Assembly: GCF_001194135.2 (NCBI RefSeq) | Contig: NC_068981.1 | Span: forward strand, 66,387,883 to 66,451,882 | Reading direction: 5' to 3' | Source of the DNA: Octopus bimaculoides | Taxonomy: Eukaryota | Length of the DNA stretch: 64,000 bases | Part shown: positions 39,341 to 50,627 of the stretch, in pieces | Layout: each line of letters starts with the position of its first letter | Numbering within the stretch: position 1 is the first letter of the stretch | Notes under the pieces: generated by a model | Told to the model about the DNA's origin: nothing | What the model saw: only the letters and a program-made list of their open reading frames with translations | Database searches by the model: none | Translations under genes and position numbers: made by a program

Positions 39341-41116
39341 TCGGCAGGCTGTGAGAAGCTAAATAGTCTCCGCTCCAGGTTGGGCAAGCTGAAGCTCCTG
39401 ATTATAGATGTGGTGTCTATGGTTGGAGCCAACCTCCTCTACTACATCCATCACCAGCTTCAAGACATCTGTGGGAACTCTGACCCAGATTCCCAATTTG
39501 GAAGAGTCAGTGTGATGGCCATTGGGGATCTCTACCAACTGCAACCTGTAGGCCAGAATCATGTCTTTGGCCTCCCAAGAGACAACTACGCCCACTAGCA
39601 TGGATCTCTGTGGGAGGAAAACATCAAATTTATGGAACTCACAGAGAGCATGCGACAAAAGGATGATCAATGCTTTGCTCAATTGTTGACAAGGGTCAGG
39701 ACAGCTACCTGCACAGAAGATGATATAACCTTGCTTAAGATCAGAGTCATCACCAAAGAAGACACTGACTACCCAGCGAATGCCTTTCACGTGTTTAAGG
39801 CCAGCAAAGAAGTTGATGAACACAACACAGAACACCTCAAGCTGCTTGACCCGATTTATGACATCAAAGCTATCAACAAAATGAAAGACGTCCAGACTGG
39901 CCTTATTGATGTTGCCATTTCCACTGAGGCATCAGACACTGGCGGCCTCAGCAAAGTAGTGTCTGTAGCAGTTAGCGCTAGAGTGATGATAACTGTCAAC
40001 ACAGACGTCTCTGACGGTCTGGCAAATGGTGTCTGTGGCACAGTTGTTGGGATCGACTACACAGGTAGTGACGTCCATACAATCCTCATCAAATTTGACA
40101 GTGAACAGGTAGGTAAGCAGGCCATCACTGACAGCCAGTACAAGAGGTCATTCCCAGGAGCAGTTCCCATCAAATGACTGGATGTTCAGTTCTATATTGG
40201 GAGGGGGTAGACGACCTGTGGAGGCAAAGCGTTCGCAATTTCCTCTGACCCTGCCCTGGGGTTGCACCATACATAAAGTCCAGGGCAAGACAATGGATAA
40301 GATTGTTGTTGCTATGCAAGGAAAAGGTTTCTTCATGCCTGGCCAGGCATATGTTGCCTTGAGTTGTGTCCGAAACTTGAGTGGCCTCTTCTTGCTTGGA
40401 TTTGATGCCAGTGTAATCCGCACGAGTTCATCTGTTGTTCGTAAAATGGACAGGCTTCGACAGCAAACATCGTCGGAAACTTTGCCTTCTGCTGCTCCCA
40501 CAGTTACTCATGGAGGACTGCAGATCAGGCTGAACATGAACAAGACTTGAAAGCGGACAACACTCTTCAAAATGTTGATGTGTTTTGTTTCGTAGAAACT
40601 TTCTTGAAGCAGAATCAACAAGTCGCATCCATCCAACCACAGTCAAAGATCACTAGAGCAGACAGGCCTGCTGCACTGGGGCATGGTGGTGGGGTGATGA
40701 CTGTTGTCAATCAAATCACCCCTACGGATATACATTTGAATGTCAGTAGCTTAGAGTACACCACTGTCGGGGTGACCATCTCGTCAACAAAAATCAATAT
40801 CATCACCATTTACAGATCTCCCTCCGTACCAGTTGCTCCTTTCCTCACCAGCCTGCATCATCTTATAAGATCTTTGCCAAGGAATCATCTGACCATCGTC
40901 CTTGGTGATTTCAATGTGGATCTCATTGATTCCCCTAACCATGAAATATTGACAACTATGAACCAGTTTGGGTTTGACCAACTAATCCAAAAACCCACCA
41001 CCAACTATGGAAGCCTGCTAGATCATGTTTATGTGAACCAGGATCGGCGTCCATAAGTCACCATAACCGACTGTTACTTTTCCGACCATGATGTGTGTGT
41101 ATCACTTAAGTTTTAG
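39341..41116 (+). mobile_element. 5'-truncated, decayed Helentron (endonuclease-encoding Helitron): Pif1/SF1B helicase C-terminal two thirds plus APE/EEP endonuclease
   Basis: Consecutive ORF pieces give helicase motifs LLIIDVVSMVG (Walker B-like), [51 protein letters not shown] and [10 protein letters not shown]. They then give EEP motifs FCFVETFL, IYRSP, VLGDFNVD, LDHVYVN and, past a stop, FSDHD ending in TAG at 41114-41116. Stops at 39596, 40175 and 41054; frameshifts near 40200 and 40547. No Walker A or Rep domain. Visibly more GC-rich than the flanks. Confidence 0.9.
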
Positions 41117-41241
41117 GTAATTGTTGTTTCTTTTTAGTCGTATGGTGAAATTAGCTTGCTGTTGTCATTGATATATTATAACTGCTTCAGATGATTCCTG
41201 TTTTTAGAGGATTTTTTAAAAAAATCATATGGCTGTGTTAT

Positions 41242-41375
41242 TTTTTTTTACCCCCTCCAAGGAGGTTATGTTTTTGCCGGCGTTGGTTTGGGAAATTGGA
41301 CGATTTTCAGCATGCGTGTATATGGGTGGAAATGAGCTGCTTGGCGGAGGTCTGCACTCTCCGAGTGCTTTTCTA
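41242..41375 (+). mobile_element. About 130-bp non-autonomous Helentron-type element (HINE/DINE-1-like) or the 3' terminus of the adjacent Helentron
   Basis: Sub-terminal inverted repeats ccccctccaag (41251-41261) and cttggcggagg (41340-41350) match at 9/11. 5' hairpin cctcc-aa-ggagg (41254-41265). 3' stem-loop gcactc-tcc-gagtgc (41354-41368) followed by a T-run. T-run also on the left. Confidence 0.75.
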
Positions 41376-41393
41376 ATAATTATTATTATTATT

Positions 41394-41620
41394 AAGGTGG
41401 TGAACTGGCAGAGTCGTTAGCATGCAGGGCAAAATGCTTAGCGGCATTTAGTCTGTCTTTATGTTTTGAGTTCAAATTCTGCTGAGGTCGACTTTGCCTT
41501 TCATCCTTTCAGGGCCGAAAAAACAAGTACCAGTCGAACACTGGGGTCAATGTAATCAACTCACCGCCTTCCCTAAAATGGCTGCTCTTGTGGCAAAATA
41601 TGAAACCATTATTATTATTA
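41394..41620 (+). mobile_element. tRNA-derived SINE (family A), representative copy with an (ATT)n tail
   Basis: A box tggcagagtcg, B box gagttcaaattc, core ctttgcctttcatcctttc.ggg...aagtaccag. Other copies at about 4400-4620(+), 6558-6737(-), 9640-9850(-), 10307-10520(+), 10545-10690(+), 10715-10900(-), 12585-12790(-), 13045-13245(-), 37478-37570(+), 39201-39340(+) and 51345-51545(-). Confidence 0.82.
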
Positions 41621-41785
41621 TTTCGAAAGTGGACAGACATGTCTCCAGAAGCTCTGTAAGCTGTTGGCCAATTTTATTGGAAATATTGTTAAACTTATTG
41701 ATATTTTTGTATATTTGTGTAGCCAAGCTGTTCCCTTCTTTGTGCACCACATCCTCTGCAGACGGACGACAAGACAAGTCGAACG

Positions 41786-42711
41786 TCAACTGTGAATACA
41801 CTCTGCCCGGTGCATGCCTTAAAAGGCAAAGAAGAAAAAGTGAAACAGCGTTCCACCACGTGCAGCACTACTGACGAAAATGAAGGTTGTTCCTTGAACT
41901 GCCTTACGAACCTGCATTTCCCGGCTCTCACCACCACTATTGCTCCTACACCAGAGAAGGAGGAAGAGAGAAACAACAAGGTTACCAAAGAACCCCAACA
42001 ACACCAAGACCAACAACAAAAGCCATTGTAACAGTTTTGCATCCGCAACAAAGCAAAGCTTGAAGGAAATCAATGTTACAATGGACGAAATAAAAAACAC
42101 AAAGGAGTTGTTAAGGAAGGATGGAAACAATGTCTTCCTTAACACTCTCCAAACACTAATACAGGAAACCAACATAAGGACAATAATATACAAGATATTT
42201 AATCATGAAACACAAAAAGATTGAAGGTGCAACTCCAAAGCAGTTGGAGATAGCACTGAAGCCCATATGGGGCAAAAAGTCTTTAGTCACCGAAAGGAAG
42301 TGGTTTGGAACAGTAGAAGTTCACTTCCCAACAGAAGAAGTAGCCAAACAACATTCCACAACACCCCTCAGAACAGAGGATTTGCTGCTCGTGCCGACAT
42401 GCATTGGTCGGCATGTAACGAAAATAAAAATTGAGCAAGTGCCGCCCAAACTCAATATATGCTGGCTAGTGGCAGCTGTCCTCTACGACATAGAAGACAC
42501 TGCCACTATTTTGGAAGTGCATAAATTGCACAGCCAAAACTGGTTGGGTATGGGTATAGAGCTTCTTGTTCAGATCGAACAACAAAGCATAAATTCCATA
42601 CCAGACTCTATAAATTTGCCGGATGGCACAAGACTGCACGTTGCTGTAGAGAGGCGAAGACCAAAGTGCTACCTCTGCAGCAGCGAAAAACATTTAAAAG
42701 TAGATTGCCGG
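41786..42711 (+). pseudogene. Frameshifted gag-like ORF1 remnant of a non-LTR retrotransposon (L1/Tx1-like) with a C-terminal CCHC zinc knuckle
   Basis: Three overlapping ORFs (41792, 41940, 42205) chain via two frameshifts and end in RRRPKCYLCSSEKHLKVDC (C-X2-C-X4-H-X4-C). Cut off immediately afterwards by an RTE 3' tail. Confidence 0.6.
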
Positions 42712-42890
42712 TGACACGTTAAAAGCACCCTCTACACTCTTGGCGTTAGGAAGGGCATCCAGATGTAGAAACATTGCCAGATCAGATTGCAGCCTGGTGC
42801 AGCCGCTGGCTTTCCAGACCTCGGTCAAACCGTCCAATGCATGCCAGCATGGAAAACAGATGTTAAACAATGATGATGATGATGATGATA
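42710..42890 (+). mobile_element. RTE 3'-UTR-derived repeat ending in (GAT)n
   Basis: Shares ttggcgttaggaagggcatccag...ccatgc...gatgatgat with 7900-8079. Related copies at about 27955-28090(-), 29165-29358(+), 30030-30218(+), 54682-54870(-), 57690-57860(+) and 62522-62750(+). Confidence 0.75.
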
Positions 42891-42895
42891 TCTAT

Positions 42896-43013
<118 letters not shown>

Positions 43014-45429
43014 ATGTGTGTCTGTGTGTCTCCCCGCTACCACTTGAAAATCAGTGTTGGGGTGCTTACATCCCCATAACTTAGCAGTTCAACAAAAGAG
43101 ACCAACAGAATAAGTATCAGGCTTAAATGATAAAAAATACTGGGGTCGATTCATTCAACTGAAAATTCTTCAAGGCAGTGCACCAACATGGCCACAGTCT
43201 AATGACTGAAACTAGTAAAAGAAAATGCTATTTTATGTTGAGCACTCAAACTTTTTGCTCAGAAAATACTTTTACAGATCAAATCGCTTATATTTGTTTC
43301 TTGAAATGATTAACTTTCAAGAAGCTGAGAAGACAGAGTAGAGAACGCATTCAAGTAATCAGCAACTGCATGAAAGACACATCATTGATAGGATCACAAG
43401 CTGTGACTAAAACACCTTGACAAGCCAGATAATTAGTTGACTGACTGATTAACTAATTAGTTAACTGATAATAAAACTGAAATGAAATACAATCAGTTTA
43501 GTCTAATATTAGCAGGAAAACCCATGCTAAGTACAATGATGTGTACAGGTGTGTGTATACTTCATCTTTTATCTGTTTCAGTCATTAGACTGTAGCCATG
43601 CTGGAGCACTGCCTTGAAGAACTTTTAGTCAAATGAATCAATGCCAGCACTTATTTTTTGTTAAGCCTGATACTTATTCTATTGGTCTCATTTTGTCAAA
43701 CCACTAAGTTATGGGAACACAAACACACAAACCCCAGTTGTCAAGCGGTGGTGGGGAACAAACACACACACACAAATGCAGCAAGCTTCTTTCAGTTTTT
43801 GTTCACTCACAAGGCTTGGTGAACTCGCGCTCATAGAAGACACCTGCCCATGGTGCCATGCATTGGGACTGAACCTAGAACCATGTGGTTGAGAAGGAAA
43901 AGGTGTAACGCGTATACACATGCATAAACATTTGTGCATAGTGGGAGAAACTTTATAGACATGTGCATTAACATTAAACACTACTTTGTTCCAGGTTCAT
44001 TTTACATTTTTAAATATTTGCTTTTCATTGAGACTCAAAGCAGACCTTGAAGAGAGGGTGTGTCACTGATGAGGTCGTGAATAGCAATGAAAGAACTTTG
44101 ACAAACAAAAAAACAATCGATTAGTTAGTTGGTTAAATGTGTAACCAAATGATGAACAATAAATGATACTGAACCAGTGTATTTGCTTATTATTACTGGC
44201 ATACTGACCCTCCCATCACACAAGATTTGTTTCAACATATGAATTCACATCGAGAACCTTGCAAACCAAATAATAAAAAAAACAATGCTTTTCCTATAGT
44301 CTTAGAGTATTATTTTCCATGAGGAATAATATTGGTTGTTGAAGGTCTATTTTGGCAGTGATGTTTTGAGATTTTTAAAAAATTAAGTCTGTGGAAAACT
44401 AATGAAAAATGCAAATGGATTCAGCATTAGGAAAAAAGAAGAAAAAAAGGTAAAAAGAACACTGATACTAACTAAATACCAGTGTAAAATGTGTTTCATC
44501 CAGGGGATAAGTGTAGCAAGGTTTTGAAATGTCAGTTACAATGGACCTTAGAAAATTATTATTCATAACTAACCAAAGAATATATATTAAAAAAGAATTA
44601 AATTTAAAAAAAAGAAATATGTAAAGCATAAACTAAAACCTCTATGTTTTCACACACACTCATTAGACAAGATTGATATGCTAAGTATGTCACAATTTTA
44701 TCTTCAAAATAACAGTGTAGAAATTATCTGCTGACATAGAGTTTATCTTATTTGTGGATGTGTCTCAAAGTTCATCAAGATTTTTTTTTTTTTAACCCCA
44801 TTAACTGAACTCTAGAAAGGCTTTAATATGCTACTTTCTACTATAACAAAGCAAAATTTTGCCTTTTGTTTCAATGCATGGAGGTGAGAATTGTATCGCC
44901 CACTAGACTAAAATAAAATGAAATAAAACAAAGGCTTTATATTCTTTTATCTTTTCACTGTCTTTCAATTTTATAGTTAGTGGAACCATGTTAGTAACTA
45001 CCTTCATTGGTATAGTCAGTTACATCATCAGTCCCAGTACTTGATAGAAATATCAACCTCAGAAGGCTGTTATAGCAATGTGAGCCTGAGCAGAATTTGA
45101 ATTCTAATAATAAAGGGACATAACCAAATACCACAAGGTAATTTTGCTTGATGTTCTACCAATACTATTGTGAATTTATTTTTCTTTTGTAATATTCACA
45201 ATAGTAATCAAGCATTAAATATCAATGTCTTTCCTCGTACATTTATCACCTTGTTAGAAATACTTAACTTCAAAAGTTTTTGTTAGAGATTCAAAAACTA
45301 CTAATATACAAACAAATGTTAACATATTCTCATGTTTAATTGTGTGTGTCTGACAGAATTCGGCTATGGAAGCTTTCCTGTTTATTCTTAATCTTGGCTT
45401 CAGTCATTTGTCGTAGTGTTTCTAATAAG

Positions 45430-46130
45430 TCGGGGGGGGGGGGGCACTTGTGCTACCAGATGAATTGTAGTGCTGTAGAGTTGGGGTATGGAGATGGGGT
45501 GTTGCATAGTCATACAATAAGGTAGGAATCATATAACCTGAACAAGTTCGGGGGATTGTTATTACGGTCTAGTGGAGGTTGGGTTTTGAAGGTGAGAAAC
45601 AAATCATGGATATTTAGAGTCTGTATGTAAAGGGTGTGTGTGGGGGATGAAACAAGTTGATGGAGAGAGTGCCAAAGAACACAAAAGATTCAGTTTCTGC
45701 ACTGGTAGCATCAGTATGAGATGAGTGTGAGAGCCAAGAAGAGTTGTGAATGCTGAAGAGATGGAGGGCAGAGACTTTGGAGAGACGGTGAGATATATGT
45801 CCTTGATACAAGAGATATAGTTGAAGAGTTGTTATAGGTTTGAAAAGTTTGTAGAATAATGGAAACAGTGGGGGAAGTAGACTTTGAACAGAAAAAGAGA
45901 GAGAGAGGTGAGTGATAGGAAGTGGAATTTACCCATGCATATACAGAACTGGACTATGGATAATAGGTCAATTTGTGGCTTGATGTAGCAGGGTTTAAGT
46001 ATTAGTAAAAGATGATAAATGAGTACAGGTTATATTGTAATCTGTGGATGTTAGAGGAAGGTGAAATTAATCAGTAGATATAGTCCTAGCTTTTGGCTTC
46101 TTAGGGAAGTGTAATGGGTGATGGTATGTC
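45430..46130 (-). mobile_element. Degraded CR1/L2/Jockey-group LINE endonuclease fragment
   Basis: Frameshifted minus-strand translation IHNSSWLSHSSHTDATSAETESF / LHQLVSSPTH / NIHDLFLT resembles the EEP segment GDFNxHxxxWL..TD..G....QLVxxPT..LDLxLT. Confidence 0.55.
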
Positions 46131-47150
46131 ACAATATCACAGAATCCTCCAGCTGAGAGGCTCCACTGATGTGCCTACTATTCAGAAAAATAGAGAGAAT
46201 CCTCTACATTATACAGAACATGTCTACAATAGTTAAATGGTGAAGGAAAGTCCAAAAGTTAAACATGTGCATGAAATTCTTTCCTTCATAGTTAACTGTA
46301 TACAGCAAGGCATTCATTTGTTCATTCAAAAAGCAGTTTGTTGATAGAGTGTGGTGAGGACAGTGCTACAGGAGGAAAAGAAGGAAGAGAGAGAAAGACA
46401 GAGCAGGGAAGGAACATGTAGTGATAGTCACTGACTGCAAAGACAATCACAAATCTATAAATAGATCCTGCAGAAGTTCAAAAAATATTTAAAGAGAATG
46501 TTTAACCACAGGCACCACTGTGATATGATTTATTTCCTCTATGAGTGTGTTTATGATCAATTTAAGTACTTTATTTAGAAAATGATTTACCACAGTTATA
46601 TCACAGCGATGTAACTGTTGTGTTCTGTTACAGCAAGTTGTGCTGTATTAGTTTGGCTTAGCATCATCTCTGTTTACATTGAGATGATGCACTGCTTCCT
46701 ACTGCAGCAACCCACGAATTGTGGTTTATTTTCCTCTTTCACTCCATCAGTTTTGGAAGCTCTGCATTGGTCACAAATGCAGCTGCCCTTCTCCGTTCTG
46801 AGTAAGCTAGGATTTCCTCCTTTTTTTTTTTTGTAATATTAACAAAGTTTGGAATTTTCAAAGTGTTGTGAAGATTTTTTTTTTTTTTAAAGAGATTCAA
46901 TATAAAATGTTTATGTGGAGGGAGAGAGGGTGGGTGAGAAAGAGAGAGAGAGAGCCAGACAGGCAGACAGAAAGGCTGAGGAAAGTTGNNNNNNNNNNTG
47001 AGACAAAAGGGGGAAGCAGAGAGAGGGGGCGAGAGAGAGAGAGAGAGAGAGAGAAGCATAGGGAGTGCAAAGACAAAGAAAGAAGCAGGTATGGAGAAAA
47101 AGAGAGAGAAGTAAGCTAACAGAGGCAGAAACAAACACTGATTGTCTGCG

Positions 47151-47184
<34 letters not shown>

Positions 47185-48642
47185 GTGTGTCTGCGTGTAA
47201 GTGTGTGTCTGCATGTAAGTGTGTGTGTGTCTGCGTGTGTATGAATTAATAAGTATGGCATAAATTTTTTTTTTTTTTTTCTCAACCAGGCTCATATGTT
47301 TCACAAGCGAATTATGTCTATTTGCCATTCTGGTTATGTTTTTTTTTAATGAGCCAATAAGCCACTTGGCATACTAGAAGCAGCATATCAAATCTCCCTC
47401 GTGATGCACCCTACTTTGTTAAAAAATAATGAAGGATACATTAGATAATACAACCTTATTTACACAATATCTGATGAGAGGGCAGAAGGGTGACATCTGG
47501 AACAACCTTGATTACAGGTCTGTTCAGGCAGGGGCTAACCTGAGGCTAAACAATAAACCCCAACAAATTTTATACACTTCACATTCAAAATATTGCTTAT
47601 TTGCTTTGTGCAGCTATGTTGTTTAAATTGCCTGAAAACACTTTGAATCAACATATGATCTTAACTCCTATCCATCTGGCCTTTTTATTTGCTTATTTAA
47701 TTATCATTAATCTCTTATGAAATCCAATCAAATCCAATCTTTGTGACAAAACCTCATACTACTAGAATACAATGAGTGCTGCTGCTGTTGAATCGGCTAC
47801 AAGCAGTGGCTTCAACAACTAATAATGAAACAGACTGTAATAATACACAGAAGCAAGTAGAAGCTTCTGTCTGTCTAATAATTGTCACACAAGTCAAAGG
47901 TGGTGATAGGGATGTTGTTGATGATGTGCTTGTTGTAGTTATGGTAGTGGCAGGCAATTGTAATGCGGAGAGGTGGGTAGGTGACGGTGGTATGCGAAGA
48001 GGGGGAGGAGATGAATAACAAAAAAGTTATCACGCTGATATGTTACATATGCTGTGAAGAAAACAGTAATGATGCAGTTAAAAAGTGCAAAAATGACTCA
48101 TCGCGCACATGCACACACTACACGTGTCAATATAATAAATAAAAATACACACACACACGCATCTAAGTAATCTTGATATGGAATTCTTCACTCACAATTA
48201 TCTACAACCAGAAGCCCTATATTAGAATTATATGTCTTACCACTGTTTTTTCTGCTACTACAGCTCTACAACTGTCTGCTTCTCTGAACCAGTTCAACTA
48301 CAATCTTTTCACTCACATTCCATGCAACTTCAAGTCCTCCTTTAGCATTTACTGTATCTTACTCACCTCAAAATCTGCACTAAATACTCCTCAGTCTTTC
48401 TTCCCTGGAACTGTGTGTGTGTGGGTGTGCGTGCGTGTGTGTGTGTGTGTGTGGGTGTGTGTGTGTAATGTTCTGGATTTTAGAAAAAAGTACAGTATAT
48501 CCCTGCATATCTTAAGTGGCAATTAAAAGAGTTGCCTCCAGGAAGGGCATCTATCTGTAAAACACAACTTCAAAAAGTTGTGCCCAAATGTCCATAATAG
48601 CATATAGAATTAATGTAAAGTGATGATGATGATAATGGTGGT

Positions 48643-48707
<65 letters not shown>

Positions 48708-50109
48708 AAACACTTGCTTGGTTTTGTTTGTGTGGTACTTGCATAAGTGCATGTCAATGTCCAAAATGCACAAAAAAGTTACTAAAAATAACATAGCAAC
48801 AAGGAATGCACATCCATTTTAATACAAATTTCAGATAGTTGTGCAAGGCAACAAAACATGTAAGGATAAGAGTTATAACAGATCAAAACAAAATCTATTA
48901 CATAAATATCTTCAGTTGATTTTATTGAATCCAAAATAAAAAAGTACTGGATAAGAGTCCCCAACAAACATTACTTCATTTTTTTTATTAAAGAAGTAGA
49001 TGTGTTATAAACAAATAATTCAAGTAACAGCTGACCAGACATAGGTCATCAATTATCACCATACAACACCCATACAAATGATTTTTCCAAGTCAGCCCTG
49101 TCATTGAACCCACCTATGATCCAGCATGGTCCAGCTGTGACTATCCTATCTTTTGTTCAAACAGTGAATAGATATTATCTATTGTCTTTCGGATGATATC
49201 ATGACTGTGAAAAGAATTGGCTGATATTTCTGATGAGTCAAACTGCCATAAGAAATGTTAGCTTAATCCCTTTACACATAGAAATTAAAGACGTGTCGTC
49301 GTCATCCCCCTCCCGCCCTGCCATTAGAAATTATCGCCTGACCTCATTATATCTCTGTCCTTGTCAAACCTATATAGCACAAGCTATAACAACAAAAACC
49401 ATCAAAAAATGTGCTTGACTAAATAGAAATGAAACATTCTGAGACATAATTTGTTCATTTGTAGCCATATTTCTAAATTAGTATGGTTAGTATAGATCTT
49501 GTAAGAGCAGTCAATTGTTGTTTAACCCAAGATCAATCCTAATTAAGCAGGCATCTATTATCAAAGACGATTTAGCTGTGACTATCATGTCTTTTCATCT
49601 GACAGTATCTATGATATGTGCCCTTTTTTAAAAATGCAAAGAGTGTGGGTTGAAAAAGATCGGTTTGAAGTCACTCCCTATCACACTATTCTATGGCCTA
49701 ACACATGTTGTCACCACACCTAGTCTTTTCTGTCAATACAATAGTCAACCCTGCTCTTCAGAGCTGACTTGTCTCATGTTAACTCTGTTCAGACCTTTCC
49801 AACTCACCACCTCTTATCACTCATTTGTTCTCATCCCCAGTCTCACAACACCCAGTTGTGCCTCTGGAATTCCCTCCTTGCATGTTTTTTCTTGCAGCTT
49901 TTGATTTCAAGAGGAATATAAACTGCATCAATTTCACTGACCCAGATGGGTTTACATTGGTCATAGGCACAAACCCTCCAAAAAAAGATCAAGTGACCAC
50001 ATAAATGGCTCCACCTTTAACTCATACTGAAACAGTAACTTTTATTTATTGATATTTGCTATTCCCACTGTTGCAATATTTAACAATAAAACAGGAGTGG
50101 AACCTGAAA

Positions 50110-50627
50110 CAAGCAAAGTTTCACTCAAAAGTACACCAAAGATAGGAATTCATAGAATGAGATAACTGGGTGTAACTGTATGAAAATTAAAAGAACTTCA
50201 ATGTGTCCATTCCGCCAGTGATGATTTACACCAGTGAAGCATGGGCTCACAATACTACCACCATGAATGCCCTCATTGTTGCCCAACAGAAAATGGAACA
50301 AATCATGCTCAGCATCACATTGCTGGACAAGAAAACCAAAGCTTGGATTCAACAGCATACAAGAGTCAATGATAACCATCAAGGGGAACAAATATAGATG
50401 GGCTGACCACATTGCTTGACTGAAGGACAACAGATGGACGATCAGGGTGGCAAAATGGATACCACAACAATGGACAAGATCAAGAAGCTAACCAAAGACA
50501 AGATGGTGAGATGATCTCTCTCACTACCTGGAGCCTACATGGCCATAACTGACCAGAGACAGACAACGGTGAAAGATGTCCTAGGTTCCTCCTTCAGGAG
50601 CAATGAATCCCTGGATATTATTATTAT
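50110..50627 (+). mobile_element. Degraded 3' RTE-clade LINE fragment
   Basis: PVMIYTSEAW..ALIVAQQKMEQIMLSITLLDK..WIQQHTRV and, frameshifted, KYRWADHIA..DNRWT..W..RSR..PKTRW. Followed by an (ATT)n tail. Confidence 0.75.

Noticed and set aside
39341-40550. Host PIF1 helicase gene or bacterial/phage contamination
   Set aside because: Intronless, truncated, stop-ridden, fused to an EEP endonuclease and embedded among host SINEs; this fits a Helentron relic.
43449-43464. 16-bp perfect palindrome ttaactaattagttaa
   Set aside because: Lies in a degenerate (TAGT/ACTA)n tract; expected from simple repeats.
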